A stretch of DNA of 64,000 bases from Octopus vulgaris (Eukaryota), in assembly GCA_951406725.2 (NCBI GenBank), contig OX597815.1, positions 188,604,001-188,668,000 of the forward strand, written 5' to 3'. Below, piece after piece: positions 38,535 through 51,635 of the stretch. Below the pieces are notes generated by a model, which ran no database searches, was not told the DNA's origin, and saw only the letters and a list, made by a program, of their open reading frames with translations. The translations under genes were made by a program, and so were the position numbers. The stretch's first letter is position 1. The number at the start of each line of letters is the position of its first letter.

Positions 38535-38977
38535 AAGATCCTAAGAATCACTTATTGAGACAGAGTGACAAATGAAGCCATTCTCCAAGCAGCAAGTGTA
38601 AGGCCCCCTGCATGCAATTGTAACTGAATGATGAATGAAAATGGCTGGACACATACAAGATACTGTGATAGCCTGGGCTTCAGAAGCCCACAGCTCTTCA
38701 ATATCCTCCCGAAGAACCTGAGGGACCTGCATGATATGGATGCAGATGTCTTTAAAGTAGGACTGGATCTCTTCCTGTCAGGTGTCCCAGATGAACCAAC
38801 TTCATGGCAGGAGGTGCAGATGAGGGCAGCTGCATCGAACTCTCTCGTGCACCAAATGGCAGTTGCTAAAAAGCATTCGTGAAGTAAAATCATGTAGCAA
38901 CACTAAATGGCAGTGCCCCAGCATGGCCGCAGCTCGTGAGCTGAAACTAGATAAAATAAAATAAATAAAATAAATAA
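38535..38977 (+). mobile_element. CR1-group LINE 3' end, putative partner of SINE A
   Basis: SLGFRSPQLFNILPKNLRD...FKVGLDLFLSGVPDEP...AASNSL; 3'UTR CCCAGCATGGCCGCAGCT..GCTGAAAC then (TAAAA)n. Confidence 0.8.
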
Positions 38978-38979
38978 TA

Positions 38980-39219
38980 CTAAGACTGCCAGAGGAGAGG
39001 CATGCCAAAACAGCAATGGGATGGATGCTGCTGGAAGGTAAGAGAAAAGGAGGCTGGCCGAGGAAGACATGGCATAGTACCTTCAAAGGAGAATTACGAA
39101 GACTGAACATCAACTAGGAAGCAGCATACCGGTTGGCCAGAGATGGAGATAATTGTCAATCACTAACTGCCCGATGTGCCGCTCAAAGGGACCAATGGAC
39201 CTAAAGAAGAAGAAGAAGA
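38980..39219 (+). mobile_element. RTE-like LINE 3' fragment
   Basis: EGKRKGGWPRKTW...ARDGDNCQSLTARCA then (AAG)n tail. Confidence 0.65.
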
Positions 39220-40494
39220 TTGCTAAATGGAATCACAACATATATATAATATTTTATAAATACGAGTATAATTATAATTAGGGTTCAGCAAAGATTTGCT
39301 TTACCACATACCAAACTTTAGAAATAGCAGCCAAAGAACCTTAGCTATTTCTTCTACTATAAGAAGAGACTCCCGGACAAAACAAAATACTTGAAATAAC
39401 CCACAGACAGAGAGGAAAAACATGCCGAATTCTACTTGGTGGAATTATTAATTACTAGTTAATTAATTAATTTTACTCTTTATTATTATTGATATATATA
39501 TATAAGACTTGTAATCCTTGCAATGCTTATTTTTAATTTAATGATGAAAGCCAGTGGCAGTTAGGTGTCCTTCTCACAGACATAGTATACTTCACGAAAT
39601 GGAATAGGAAACTTCAAAATTAAACCATGGCTGAATTTTGTACTGTGGCAAATGGTGTCGAGTAAAGCTCTATCCTTCTACTGTGTCCTTGTACTGTGGC
39701 AAATGGTGTCAAGTAAAGCTGTGTCCTTGCCCTAATACTGGTTATCATATTTCTTGACAGATTAACAGAGCAATGCTATATTGTGCCAATCTGCTGAATT
39801 TAATCAAACTGACAATGTTTTGAAAGACACAGAATATGCTGTTTAGTAAAGTCAACTGTTAAACAGAAGTGTGTCCACTCAAATGACATTTTCTATCAAT
39901 ACTTTCAGTCACATCATCTCTAAAAATATTCACCATCAGAGATATAAAGATGTTTTTGTCTAACTGATACAATAGCTGGAAAATAAATGCACAGGAATAC
40001 TTATTTCATGACGATCTGTTCGAATACTACTATAACCATTGTGTTGGACGTAATTCCAGGTGGGATGTCTTTGAGAATAAACAATTCAAGATGTCTTCTG
40101 CATGAAAAACGATACTTAAGTTATTGATTTACTTTTTTAATGCAGTGAATATTAAAAAGCTAATTAGAAATAATTATGCAGAAGGAAAAGCAATATTAGT
40201 CAATAACTAATATTATTTTAATTATTTCAGCAAGTACAAGAGGCACTGCATGCCCTAGTTTTTTCTGGCTGACGAAGCAAGATTTTCTCCTGTTGAGAAG
40301 TGTTTTGTAGCTGGAAGGGAAACCTTCAAGAACAGTAATTGGTTCATCAAGATTCATCTGACTAATACTGGTATGAAAAAAAATATGAATGAAACAACCA
40401 TTGACTAAGAGATGAATAACTTAATCACTCAGTAAACTGAGCACATGATTTAGTTTTGACCTGCAGTTGCTAACGAATTTATGTATGTTATTAA

Positions 40495-40723
40495 TACTCT
40501 CCTTTACTCTTTTACTTGTTTCAGTCAGTTGACTGTGGCCATGCTGGAGCACCGCCTTTAGTCGAGCAAATCGACCCCAGGACTTATTCTTTGTAAGCCA
40601 AGGAATTATTCTATTGGTATCTTTTGCTGAACCGCTAAGTTACGGGGATGTAAACACACCAGCATCGGTTGTCAAGCGATGTTTGGGGAACAAACACAGA
40701 CACACAAACATATACACACACAC

Positions 40724-40754
<31 letters not shown>

Positions 40755-41000
40755 CGGCAATGTGAAACTCAGAGTAACATGTTTTGTTGAATTTTCTGCT
40801 GCTTTAAATAAAGTATATATAAATATATATATATACGGCGGGCTTCTTTCAGTTTCTATCTACCAAATCCACTCACAAGGCTTTGGTCAGCCTGAGGCTA
40901 TAGTAGAAGACACTTGACCAAGGTGCCACGCAATGGGACAGAACCTGGAACCATGTAGTTTGTCAGCAAGCTACTTACCACACAGCCACTTCTACCCCTA
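40495..41000 (-). mobile_element. SINE family A with a ~60-bp insert in its (TA)n
   Basis: Consensus match; foreign block 40756-40815. Confidence 0.85.
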
Positions 41001-41364
41001 TGTTATCAATACTCTTGAGAATATCACACAATCTGACTTATCAATAAAGTTGTAAGGTTAGTGCCTTATCAATATTTCTTTATATATAAATAAATAAAAA
41101 AAAACAATACAAAATCAAAGAAGCAAATTATTTTGTCAATAAAATCCTTAGCTTTTCTTTTTCTAAAAATCAAGCTAGTTACGTCCTGCCAAGCTTTTTA
41201 GATAATTATTGTCTGCTATCATATTTAGTTTAATGTTATATTTTGATACATCAATAAATACATTCAGGTTTTGTGAAATTAATTTTGTCAAATTGTCATG
41301 TAATTTAACCGTTTTCATTATTTTCCACATTTTAATTAACTCTGTAAGTGACATACTTTATTCT

Positions 41365-41682
41365 TTATTTACATTATTTACATTTGACGAATATTTGTCC
41401 TCATCTTGTTTGTCGTTAACACGTTTGGCCTTCATCAGGTGTCTTGGGGAAATTTTGAACCTGGATTCTCATTCCTAAAGTATTTTTTGTTGTTGTTGTT
41501 ATTATTATTTATTATTATTCAGGTCACTGCCTGGAATCGAACTCGGAATCTTGGGGTTAGTAGGCCGCGCTCTTAACCACTGTGCCATATGCCTGGACAT
41601 ATGGCATAAGGGTTAAGAGCGTGGCCTACTAACCCCAAGATTCTGAGTTCGATTCCAGGCAGTGACCTGGATAATAATAATG

Positions 41683-41719
<37 letters not shown>

Positions 41720-41907
41720 TAATAACATCGAAAAATACCATAGGAACGAGAGCCCAGGTTTGAAATTTCCACAAGACACCTGATGAAGGCTGGAGGTTAT
41801 ATCAACTGAAACGTTGTGTTAACAACAAACAAGATGAGGACAAATATCCGTCAAATGTAAATAATGTAAATAATGTATGTAATTCCTCATCTTTTAAATA
41901 TAGAACT
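41365..41907. mobile_element. Family H: head-to-head palindrome of [tRNA-like head, (AAT)n, HHR tail]
   Basis: Symmetry centre near 41594; heads 41519-41593(-) and 41596-41669(+); HHR 41775-41820; exact 12-bp TSD ATACTTTATTCT at 41353-41364 and 41908-41919. Confidence 0.88.
41775..41820 (+). ncRNA. Minimal type-I hammerhead ribozyme motif (family H)
   Basis: GACAC-CTGATGA-AGGCTGG..TCAACT-GAAACGTT-GTGTT. Confidence 0.7.
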
Positions 41908-44291
41908 ATACTTTATTCTAATATAGCAGCTATGACATATTCCTACCAATTTTGAAGTATTATTTATTTAAAGGGATGATTTAAAATGGTTTGGACTTAG
42001 ATTACTAAAATAAATTTGCCAAAAGCATTTTAAATTTCTTCAGAGTTATTTTATGGTATATAAGTTGTTTTATCTAAAGGCAATAAACTAAGTGTTCTAT
42101 ATATTGCAGAGATTTGACATGTAAAGATTTTTTGACAAAATTTTCAGCAACAAATTAAATGTTAGTCTCTCTCTCTTTCTTTCTCCATATATTGCCTTTA
42201 TTATTTCCTTAGTATTTATTCATTAACCTCTTTGTAAATTGAACAGAAACTGACAACACAAAGTTTCCTCACTGAAAGATTCATCAAAGAGAAGCTCATA
42301 ATTATACTTCATTAACTACAATAGTCCCTATTTTCTTTTTCTTTTTCCAAAACTCTTCCTTTTTATGAGGATGGAGAGATGTCAGAAACAACAAAACAAT
42401 AAACAAACACCTTTCTCAACTTAGAATTTACTCTAGAATTTTCTTTGACTTTCCACCTTGCAGCATTAATAATATACTGGAATTGGTTCAATTGACTATA
42501 CCCCGTCTCCGTAAAATTGGTCTTTTGCTTAGCCAAATGAAATCAATATATTCTATATTTTCTTTCTAATCAAGTCAAAATTTTCTTTTTAATTGATTCA
42601 TAAAAGAATATTTTGATAGTTACACCAAAAAATGTTTGCCTTGGTTCTCTTTCATGCATTCTCTTTCCAACAAATGTAAAAATTTTATTTTTGCAAGTTA
42701 TTCAGTTTTGAAATGGAAATTTCTGTAAACAAAATCATTACTATCAATTTAACAATTTGATTAGCCATTTGGTTGCTTAGATCATAATTCAATATTTTCC
42801 AACTTAGCAATTGAGGAATTACTAATTTCATGTAAGTACGAAAATTGCAAGTTATTGAAGATTCTTTAAATTGTTATCCTATTTTAACACCAAATAAAAT
42901 TTACAAAAAAAAAAAAAAAAAATTCAGTTCCTATTTTATTTTATGAAATCTTTTAAGTTCCAAGATCTCTTTACCAATTTACCATTTTACATGTACTATT
43001 ACACATATAATTTGTACAATAATATTTGAGTAATATACCAAACATTTGTTTGTGACTATTCAAGTATAAATATTTTATGTTATTACCAATTTCTCAAATT
43101 AATTTCCTAAACATTTTCTTTTTCTTTCTTCTTTTCTTCCTTTTTTGTTCTATAAAATATTTACTAAACCATATATTGCTATAATGAAATAAATTCTGAA
43201 TTTAATTCTAGGAAAACAAAATTGAATTACAAATAATGTTAGAATTATATTCTATTTTTCATATTTATTCCACACCTACTGCTCCTCATCCTCTGCTATC
43301 TTTTATGTGGGGCAAGAGGCAAATGATGAGGGGCAGTTAGTTGTTGACTGCAATGAAAGCAATGAGAAAAAGAGATGCTAAAGAGCACTATAAAGGCAGG
43401 AAGAGCAGTGTATGAATGCTGCAATAACATCTCAGATGTGGAAGATAGAGGGAGGTAGGGGGAAACAGTGGATGGAATTTCAGAGGTGTAAGGGTGGATA
43501 ATGAGTTAAAGGTAAGAAAATGTGTTACAAAAGTACTGCTGAACATCTACTCTTACCATTATTTCATTTGCACCTCTAGGATGCCTCTAGCCATTCTTTC
43601 CCATACAGATAAAATTAAAAGAAGGTGTTACCCAACACCTCCTATTACCTTTATCTCAGGACTTGTCCATATATCTCAGTGCACTCATTGCATCACCTAT
43701 TCATCTCCCTCCTCCTGGTATATCTCCACCCTCTCCATTACTTCCCCATCTGGGATGCTTCCAAGGCATTCACACTCTGCTCTTCCCTCTCTTCCCACCT
43801 CAATGGGATCATTCAGTGCCTTTTCCCCTCACTGCATTCACCCACTGCCCCTTATCCTCTGCTTGCTTTCTCCCCATAGCTACTCCACGTCCTCATCCCC
43901 TTTTTTCATCTTTCACCCCCTGACCTACCCCCACAACCACCAAATCTCTTTTCCTTTCAGTAATTTCATTTCAGGATTCTACTCTACCCTAGTATAGTGC
44001 TCCTTCCCTCTCTCTCCATGCTAACCCCTTATCATATCACTACACAATCCGCCTTATTACCTTTCTACTAAGTCACCACTTTTCTCAATGACCCCTGTCA
44101 CTAACCTTTTCAGTCTCCCCTGTTTCCTGATATATTTTCACTTCATCCTCTCATCGCACCCTCCCTCCTTCATCCCACTACCCAGCATCACTACCCACCC
44201 TCTTCTCTGCTCTACTTTAGTTATAGGGGCCATGTAAGGTCCTTAACCTTGCAAGTTATGAGGTGATTTTCACTAGTGCTGCTGCAATAAA

Positions 44292-44680
44292 TAGGAGTGG
44301 CTGCATGGTTCCGGGTTCAGTCCCACTGTGTTGCACCTTGGGTAAGTGTCTTCTACTATAGCCTCGGGCTGACCAAAGCCTTGTGAGTAGATTTGGTAGA
44401 CGGAAACTGAAAGAAGCCTGTCGTATATATGTATATCTATATATATGTGTGTGTGTGTGTGTTTGTGTGTGTGTTTGTATGTTTGTGTTTGTCCCCCTAA
44501 CATTGCTTGACAACCGATGCTGGTGTGTTTACGTCCCTGTAACTTAGCGGTTCGCCAAAAGAGGCCGATAGAATAAGTACTAGGCTTACAAAGAATAAGT
44601 GGGATCAATTTGCTCGACTAACGGCGGTGCTCCAGCATGGCCACAGTCAACTAACAGAAACAAGTAAAAGAGTAAAAGGA
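44292..44680 (+). mobile_element. SINE family A
   Basis: Consensus match with a deletion in the head. Confidence 0.85.
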
Positions 44681-45557
44681 GTACATTCTGAGGTAGTTGG
44701 TTTTAGGAAGGACATCCGGTCAGAGAAACCTTGTCAAAGTAGACAGCGGGGCATGACATGGTCCTTCAGCTCTTCAGAACTTACCAAACCATCCAACCAA
44801 TGGCAGCATGGAATCGTTAAACAATGATGACGATGTGTAATGATTCCTAATGCTTTAGAAACCAGGCAACGAGACAAATTTCATACTGGAATTATTATAT
44901 TATGTAAGCACATCAATAGTCGTCTGAGGTGTTTTAAGTACATTGTAATACACATGTAGAATACATGGAGCAAAAAAAAAGGTAAAAAAAAAAGACAAAA
45001 AAAAAAAAGGAAATAATATTTTTAGAGCAGCTAAACATGTGACAGTGCATTAATTTTCTGATGTATGTATATTCTCTGAAATCGGTTTATTTCAAATGTT
45101 TATTCTTTATACAAACTGCAGTTCTGCAAACTATCGCGAAATAAATCAATTTTTAGCTGCATGACTGACTGTATTATTGAAGCAAACATTAAACATGTTG
45201 TTATATTAATCTCAACCATTCTGTAGTTATGTCTGATTTCAATAAGTAATATTGTTTTTATTTTTCCTGTTTTATTAGTTTCAGTTATTGGATTGCAGAG
45301 AAGTGCTGGGTCACTTCCTACAAGGGTTTTAGCCAATTGTATTGACCTTAATACTTACTTCAAGTCTGCTACTAACTTTATTAAATTTCATTTTATTTGT
45401 CAGTCTGCGAAGTTACAGGGCAGAGAGAGAAACAGGAGATTATAAAAAAATAAATAGTTGTGTTTATTATTTTTTTTTTGTAGACTAGTGTAAACGTAAA
45501 CATTGACCAATCACAGTTGGATTCACATGCATACACACAAACACTAATACATACCTA

Positions 45558-45675
45558 CCATCATCGTCATCGTCATCGTGGTTGTCGTCGTCGTCGTCGT
45601 CATTGTCGTCATCATCGTCATCATCATCGTCATCATCATCCTCCTCCTCATCCTCCTCCTCATCATCATCATCAT
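45558..45675. repeat. (CAT/CGT/CCT)n microsatellite
   Basis: Direct reading. Confidence 0.85.
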
Positions 45676-46068
45676 AGTATATCTGTTTGGTTGGTTTGAC
45701 AGAAACTGACAAGTCAGACGACTCCACTGAGCACTGCTGTCTTTTTATGCATGTTTTTTTTCACAGCTGGATACGCCCCCCCCCTTAATACCGACCACTT
45801 TACAGAGTCTACAGTAGTAATTCCGAACATGAGGCATATGCCTCACCGGTGGGGCCTGGGAAAATTGTAGAGGGGTGAGAGATCCAATTTTTTCTTTTTC
45901 TTTTTAATAAGACATAGAATTGTGAAAATCTTTTTCTTATTTTTACTTTCGTAGTCTATAATGTACTTTCATTGTTGTACTCAGTCAAGCCGTCCAACCC
46001 ATGCTAGCATGGAAAACAGATGTTAAATGATAATGATGATAATGATGATGATGATATATATTTATATA

Positions 46069-46090
46069 CGAGTTCAATTCCAGGCAGTGA

Positions 46091-46126
<36 letters not shown>

Positions 46127-46775
46127 TAATAATAATAATAATGATAATAATAATAATAATAATAATAATGATATTAATAATATTGAAAAATACTTTAGGA
46201 ATGAGAACCCAGGTTCAAAATTTCCACAAGACACCTGATGAAGGTTGGAGGGTATATCAGCAGAAATGTTGTGTTAACAACAAACAAGATGAGGACAAAT
46301 ATCCGTCAAATGAAAATAATGTAAATAATGTAAAGGAGTGGCTGTGTGGTAAGTAGCTTGCTAACCAACCACATGGTTCCGGGTTCAATCCCACTGCGTG
46401 GCATCTTGAGCAAGTGTCTTCTGCTATAGCCCCGGGCCGACTAATGCCTTGTGAGTGGATTTGGTAGATGGAAACTGAAAGCAGCCTGTTGTATATATGT
46501 ATATATATATATATATATATGTGTGCTTGTGTGTGTGTCTGTGTTTGTCTCCCTAGCATTGCTTGACAACCGATGCTGGTGTGTTTACATCCCCGTCACT
46601 TAGCGGTTCGGCAAAAAAGACCGATAGAATAAGTACTGGGCTTACAAAGAATAAGTCCTGGGGTCGATTTGCTCGACTAAAGGCGGTGCTCCAGCATGGC
46701 CGCAGTCAAATGACTGAAACAAGTAAAAGAGTAAAAAGAGTAAAGAGTAATTCCTCATCTCTTAAATATAGAACT
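46069..46775 (+). mobile_element. Family H monomer (5'-clipped head, (AAT)n, HHR at 46230-46275) interrupted by SINE A
   Basis: GAGTTCAATTCCAGGCAGTGACCTG(AAT)n...ACACCTGATGAAGG...; the final AATTCCTCATCTCTTAAATATAGAACTG resumes after the SINE. Confidence 0.8.
46333..46749 (+). mobile_element. SINE family A inserted in the family H tail
   Basis: Consensus match. Confidence 0.9.
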
Positions 46776-46925
46776 GTATTTAATGATGGTTTTGTTGCTT
46801 TCATTAACTTGGATTATAAAGTGACCATGTTATTAAGTTATGATACACACATGTCGTTTGCCACTACTTTCCATACATAAATCAATAGTCACTGCACCAT
46901 TGCAAATATATAATAACATTGTTAT

Positions 46926-47420
46926 TTTAATAATAATGAAATTATTGTATACAGTGCTCAGGTGCACCACAACTTGTCAAAAGTGCGTAAAAAGCATATG
47001 CAATAACGTACAAATGTCTGGGAAGTGAACAGTGTATGAGTTAGATACATGCTTGCGTGTGTATGGAGGGGAAAAAAATCAGGTGTAATGTTGGTAAATC
47101 TCAGGAAGCATGGAAGTTTTGAAGGATGCAGTGCTCCGACAACTAACAACTGATGCCATTGTTTGTTCCATGCTTCAGCAACTCTTAGCGTGAAAAACTG
47201 TTTCCGAAAGTCATGAGAGCTGTGCTGTTTTCTGACTTTGTAAACATGTCCATGGGTGTTAGACAGGTGGAGTTTGAAAAGGTGCTCAGAGTTATTGTTT
47301 GTAAGATGGTTAATAATTTTATGGGTGTCTGCCAAGTCAGCTGCCAGACGTCGGAGTTTCAATGTGTCCATGCCCAGGGAAGTAAGGCGTTCAGAATATG
47401 GCAAATGCCTGATGGAGGGT
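46926..47420 (-). mobile_element. CR1-type LINE 3' end
   Basis: PYSERLTSLGMDTLKLRRLAADL...THGHVYKV...FFTLRVAEAWNK. Confidence 0.88.
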
Positions 47421-47467
47421 AGGGTTTTATTCCCAGTAGTTTCACAGCATTACTCTTTCATATGCCT

Positions 47468-47580
47468 ATGGTTCTGGGTTCAGTCCCACTGCATGGCACC
47501 TAGAGCAAGTGTCTTCTACTATAGCCTCAGGCCAGCCAAAGCCTTCTGAGCGCATTTGACAGATGGAAACTGAAAGAAGT
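47468..47580 (+). mobile_element. SINE family A fragment
   Basis: GGTTCTGGGTTCAGTCCCAC...GAAACTGAAAGAAG. Confidence 0.7.
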
Positions 47581-47852
47581 CAGAATACATAAAAATGGGT
47601 CCATTGGCTATGAATTGCGATTCTCACCTTATATGATAATTTTTATGAAACCTTTGGACCGCCCCACCCAAAAAAGATCCTGGATTCCTCACTACTCCAT
47701 ATGAATATGAGACAAAGTTTATTCCTGATAAGACTGAGTTCAGTATGGTGCATTATTAAAACAAATAATTCAAAGAAAAATGTACGTGTATTTCCTCAAA
47801 AAACTTGGTTTCAAATATTCTAAATGAAATTTTTTTAAAAATTGCTCTCTGC

Positions 47853-48165
47853 CAGTTGTGACGATGAGGGTTCCAGTTGATTCAATCACTGGAACAGCCT
47901 GTTCATGAAATTAACATACAAGTTATTGAGCACTCCATAGATATGAGTACCCTTATTGTAGTTCTCAGGGAGATTCAGTGTAGCACAAAATTTGACAAGG
48001 CTGACCCTTTGAATACATGTACTACTCCTTTTTGCCAGCTGAGTGGACAGGAGCAACTTGAAATAAAGTGCCTTGCTCGAGGACATAACACATCACCAGG
48101 AATTGAACTCACATTCTTATGATCATGAGCCAAATTGCTTAACCAATAAGCTACATGCCTTCACA
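47853..48165 (-). mobile_element. SINE family C (tRNA head, CORE-like block, conserved 3' block)
   Basis: Minus strand GAGTTCAATTCC, GAGCAAGGCACTTTATTTCA..TGCTCC; homologous to 61140-61876. Confidence 0.75.
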
Positions 48166-48224
48166 TCATATATTCTGCATTATTTATATATATAGTATAG
48201 TTTTATTTAATTTAGATAGGGAAC

Positions 48225-48902
48225 CTGTGGAAGAGGTAGACCCAGGAAGACCTGGGATGAAGTGGCGAAGCACGGCCTTTGAACATTAGGCCTCACCGAA
48301 GAAATGACCAGTGACCGAGAATTTTGGAAATATGTTGTGCTTGAGAAGACCCGGCAAGCCAAGTGAGACCATAACCTTGTAGCCTAAGCCAGGGGTATAA
48401 CCAGCCCACTTATGTGTGCCTTCCCTTCACTAAACTCTGCTTGTGAAGACCTGTTGAGGCAGGTGAAATCGGTGTCGAAATTAAATTCGATGACTGGCAT
48501 CTGTGCTAGTAGAGCACTAAGAGCACCATCCAAGTGTGATCGTTGCCAGAGCGGTTAACTGGCGTTTGTGCCAGTGACACGTAAAAAGCACCATTCGAAC
48601 GTGATTGTTACCAGCATCGCCTTACTGGCACTTGTGCTGGTGTGTAGGTGACACATAAAAAGGAAAAACACGATTTTCTGTGACCATTGCCAGTACCGCC
48701 CGGCTAGCCCTCGTGCCGGTGGCATGTAAAAGCACCCACTACACTTTCGGAGTGGTTGGTGTTAGGAAGGGTATCCAGCTGTAGAAACTCTGTCAGATCA
48801 AGATTGGAGCCTGGTGCAGCCATCTGGTTCACCAGCCCTCAGTCAAATTGTCCAACCCATGCTAGCATGGAAAGCGGACGTTAAACGATGATGATGATGA
48901 TC
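48225..48902 (+). mobile_element. RTE-clade LINE 3' end (ORF end, 3'UTR sub-repeats, (GAT)n tail)
   Basis: RGRPRKTWDEVAKH...DREFWKYVVLEKTRQAK*. Confidence 0.85.
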
Positions 48903-50083
48903 ATCATTTATTTCCTAAAATGCTGTTTAAATTTGTCTAATAATGTTCAGCACACCTCATCACATCACCTTACTATAAAACATTAAATCTCATTAGCAAC
49001 AATGTCAAATCCTCAGTTTCCCTGAGAGCAATGATTAGATCAGATATTTTGATTTTTCTTTTAAGTTTTACAATAATTGTGACAATTCCTTTTCCAATGT
49101 CGCAGTAACCATTTATAATGCTATGATAGTTATAAATATCATTTGATATGGTTTTAGCTGAAATGAAAAATTAGCTCTTAAACTATTTATTCCTATATAG
49201 ATGATTCCCCATTGTAGCACTCTTTTGAACAAGGACATTTAAATCGTAGTTCATTAATGCATTAGACTGTATAAACATGGCTGAAGGAATTTTATTGTGT
49301 TATAAACAAAGACAGAAACATATTGACATTTGTGCAGATTTTCAGGAAAATACATGCGTGACATGCACTTAAATTGGAATATATTACCCACTCATAAATA
49401 ATCCTTAAAATACTGGAGAAAAAAAAATGCAAAGAAAGAAATTGGCTCTTCAAAGAAAAATGATACCTATTAACAGAGATACTGCTGCTAGCCTGACGTT
49501 CTAGCTTATCTGTCTCTAAGGCAGATTCAAGTGCATTAATGAAACGATGGGAAAATTTAATGTTACTCTGTCTGTTAAACATTAATATAACATTTGATAA
49601 AGCAATACTTTCCAAAGGAGTTAATGGGTTCATATCCTTATAGAATTAACATTATTTCACAAAATAACTGATAAATTTTAGCCGTTGTTTAGTTCATCAT
49701 CTGTATTTTTACCAAATTGTCAATTTATGCTGTCAGAAAGTTCTGGCCTCTTCACTGTTTCCTTTGATTTTTAGCTTTCTTATCAATAAAAAAGTATTGA
49801 ATACCACAGCACTTAATTAAAGTCAACCTGGATTCCTCCATTCTGTATTCTATTTATATAATAATTCCTTGTTTTCTTAAAATCTGACACCAGTTTGTAA
49901 TGTTTTTTAAAAATATTTCTTCTTTGATTACATAAGGTAACTGATGCAGCCAATCTAGTGCAGGAGTGAGGAATCTTTATCGTACCTGGGGTGGAGATGT
50001 ATCTGAGATTTTAAAAGCAATAAATATTTAATTTTACAAAAGCAAAGGTTTGCAGTTTATATTAAATTATCTTAGTTTTAGCT

Positions 50084-50312
50084 TTAACCCTTTAGTGTTT
50101 GCATTATTCTGCCAAAATCAATCCTTTTTTATCCACATTGTTTTGAACTAACCACGCATTATGTTGTAGCTTTGAGATTTTGATGAGGCAGCTGTTAATT
50201 TTTAAAATGATATTGTAGGGTTGGTGTGAGAGACCAGATCTGGTTAGTTTGAACATAAAACAGGCAGAGTACTTTTGGCTGGATATGGCCGGTTTAAAAG
50301 CTAATGGGTTAA
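50084..50312. mobile_element. TTAA-flanked (piggyBac-like) MITE
   Basis: TTAA-CCCTTTAG...CTAATGGG-TTAA. Confidence 0.7.
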
Positions 50313-50914
50313 GGCTTAAATTATTTTTGTTTGTTTGTTTTCTTTCTCATGCAAGTTTCTAGTGACTTCCCCAATGTTTCACTGACTTCAAATTTAAATA
50401 CAAGCAAAATTTCACTTGTGGATGAAGAGTTCCCTGCTCTTGATCCAAAGGATGGAAAATAATGCTGATGCTAACAAGATTTGAACTCAGTGCAATGAAA
50501 TGCTAAATCAAATATAAGCAAAGAATCCAAGTTCCGTTTCCGTAGCTGCTTCTTTCCACCAAGTTTTCTGCTCTTATTGTTGCTGTTTGACATCTAGTCT
50601 GCTCTGATTATCTAAAGTTATGATCAAAAGCCTTCCAACCATGGCCGTTTCATCATTTTTTCCAGCATTGTATAACCTTGGATAACATTATATACTGTAT
50701 TCTTTTTTTCAAGGTAGAGCATGATTTGAAGGCTATCTCACAGCTATTTCTAACAGTAGAGGATCCATTAATGGTTACTCTATTTTCTTTGTTTGGTTTC
50801 CATGTCTAACTCCTCACATACACATTATATTAATTATACTAATTATGTTGTTGCTTCAGTTGTGGCATAAATCCTCAGTAATTGCGGCCACAAGAGACTT
50901 AAGCTAATATTTTT

Positions 50915-51211
50915 ACTTATTTATGTGCCCTTTTCAAGCCTAGCCAGGCTCATGGGCCTGGTTTCCCTGTTTCTGAGGCGTATGTATTCCCTCCCCCCCT
51001 CCAGCTGGATGGGACGCCAGTCCATTGCAGCATTTCTCAAGAAACAGGAAGAAAGAGTGAGAGAAATTTGGGTCGAAAGCGTACAACAGGGGTCACCACC
51101 ACCCCCTGCTGAAGTCTTGTGGAGCTTTAGGTGTTTTCACTAAATAAACACACACAACGCCCGGTCTGGAAATCAAAACCGCGATCTTCCGACCACGAGT
51201 CCGCTGCCCTA
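50915..51211 (-). mobile_element. SINE family D
   Basis: Homologous to 3334-3638. Confidence 0.7.
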
Positions 51212-51259
51212 AAGCTTATATATTTTACTGAAAGAAGTAGTTTAAATTGAACAAGAAAG

Positions 51260-51635
51260 AAAATGTAATACTTATATTCTTTTCTGCTGTAGGCACAAGG
51301 TCAGAAATTTTTGGGTAGGTGGGGCAGTCGATTAGATCGACCCTAGCATACAACTGGTACTTAATTTATCGACCCTGAAAGAACGAAATGCAAAATTGAC
51401 CTTGGCGGAACTTGAACTCAGAATGGAATAACAGACAAAAATTTAATACTTATATATTCCTTTCTACTCTAGGTACAAGGCCCAAAATTTTGGGGGAGGG
51501 GGCCAGTCGATTAGATCTACCCCAGTACACAACTGGTGGTTAATTTATCGATCCCAAAAGGATGAAAGATAAAGTTGACCTCAGCAGAATTTGAACTCAG
51601 AATGTAAAGACAGACAAAAATGTAATACTTATATT
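51260..51635 (-). mobile_element. Tandem dimer of 5'-truncated SINE B
   Basis: ~179-bp period; AAAAT(G/T)TAATACTTATAT occurs three times, bounding both units. Confidence 0.8.

Noticed and set aside
39638-39729. ~49-bp tandem duplication
   Set aside because: Two copies only; ordinary local slippage.
41596-41669. Functional tRNA gene
   Set aside because: A and B boxes and an anticodon-like arm are present but no proper acceptor stem; part of a repeat.
43494-44220. 167-aa ORF and pyrimidine-rich tract, possibly a decayed Penelope GIY-YIG end
   Set aside because: Only faint motif resemblance; compositional bias explains the ORF.
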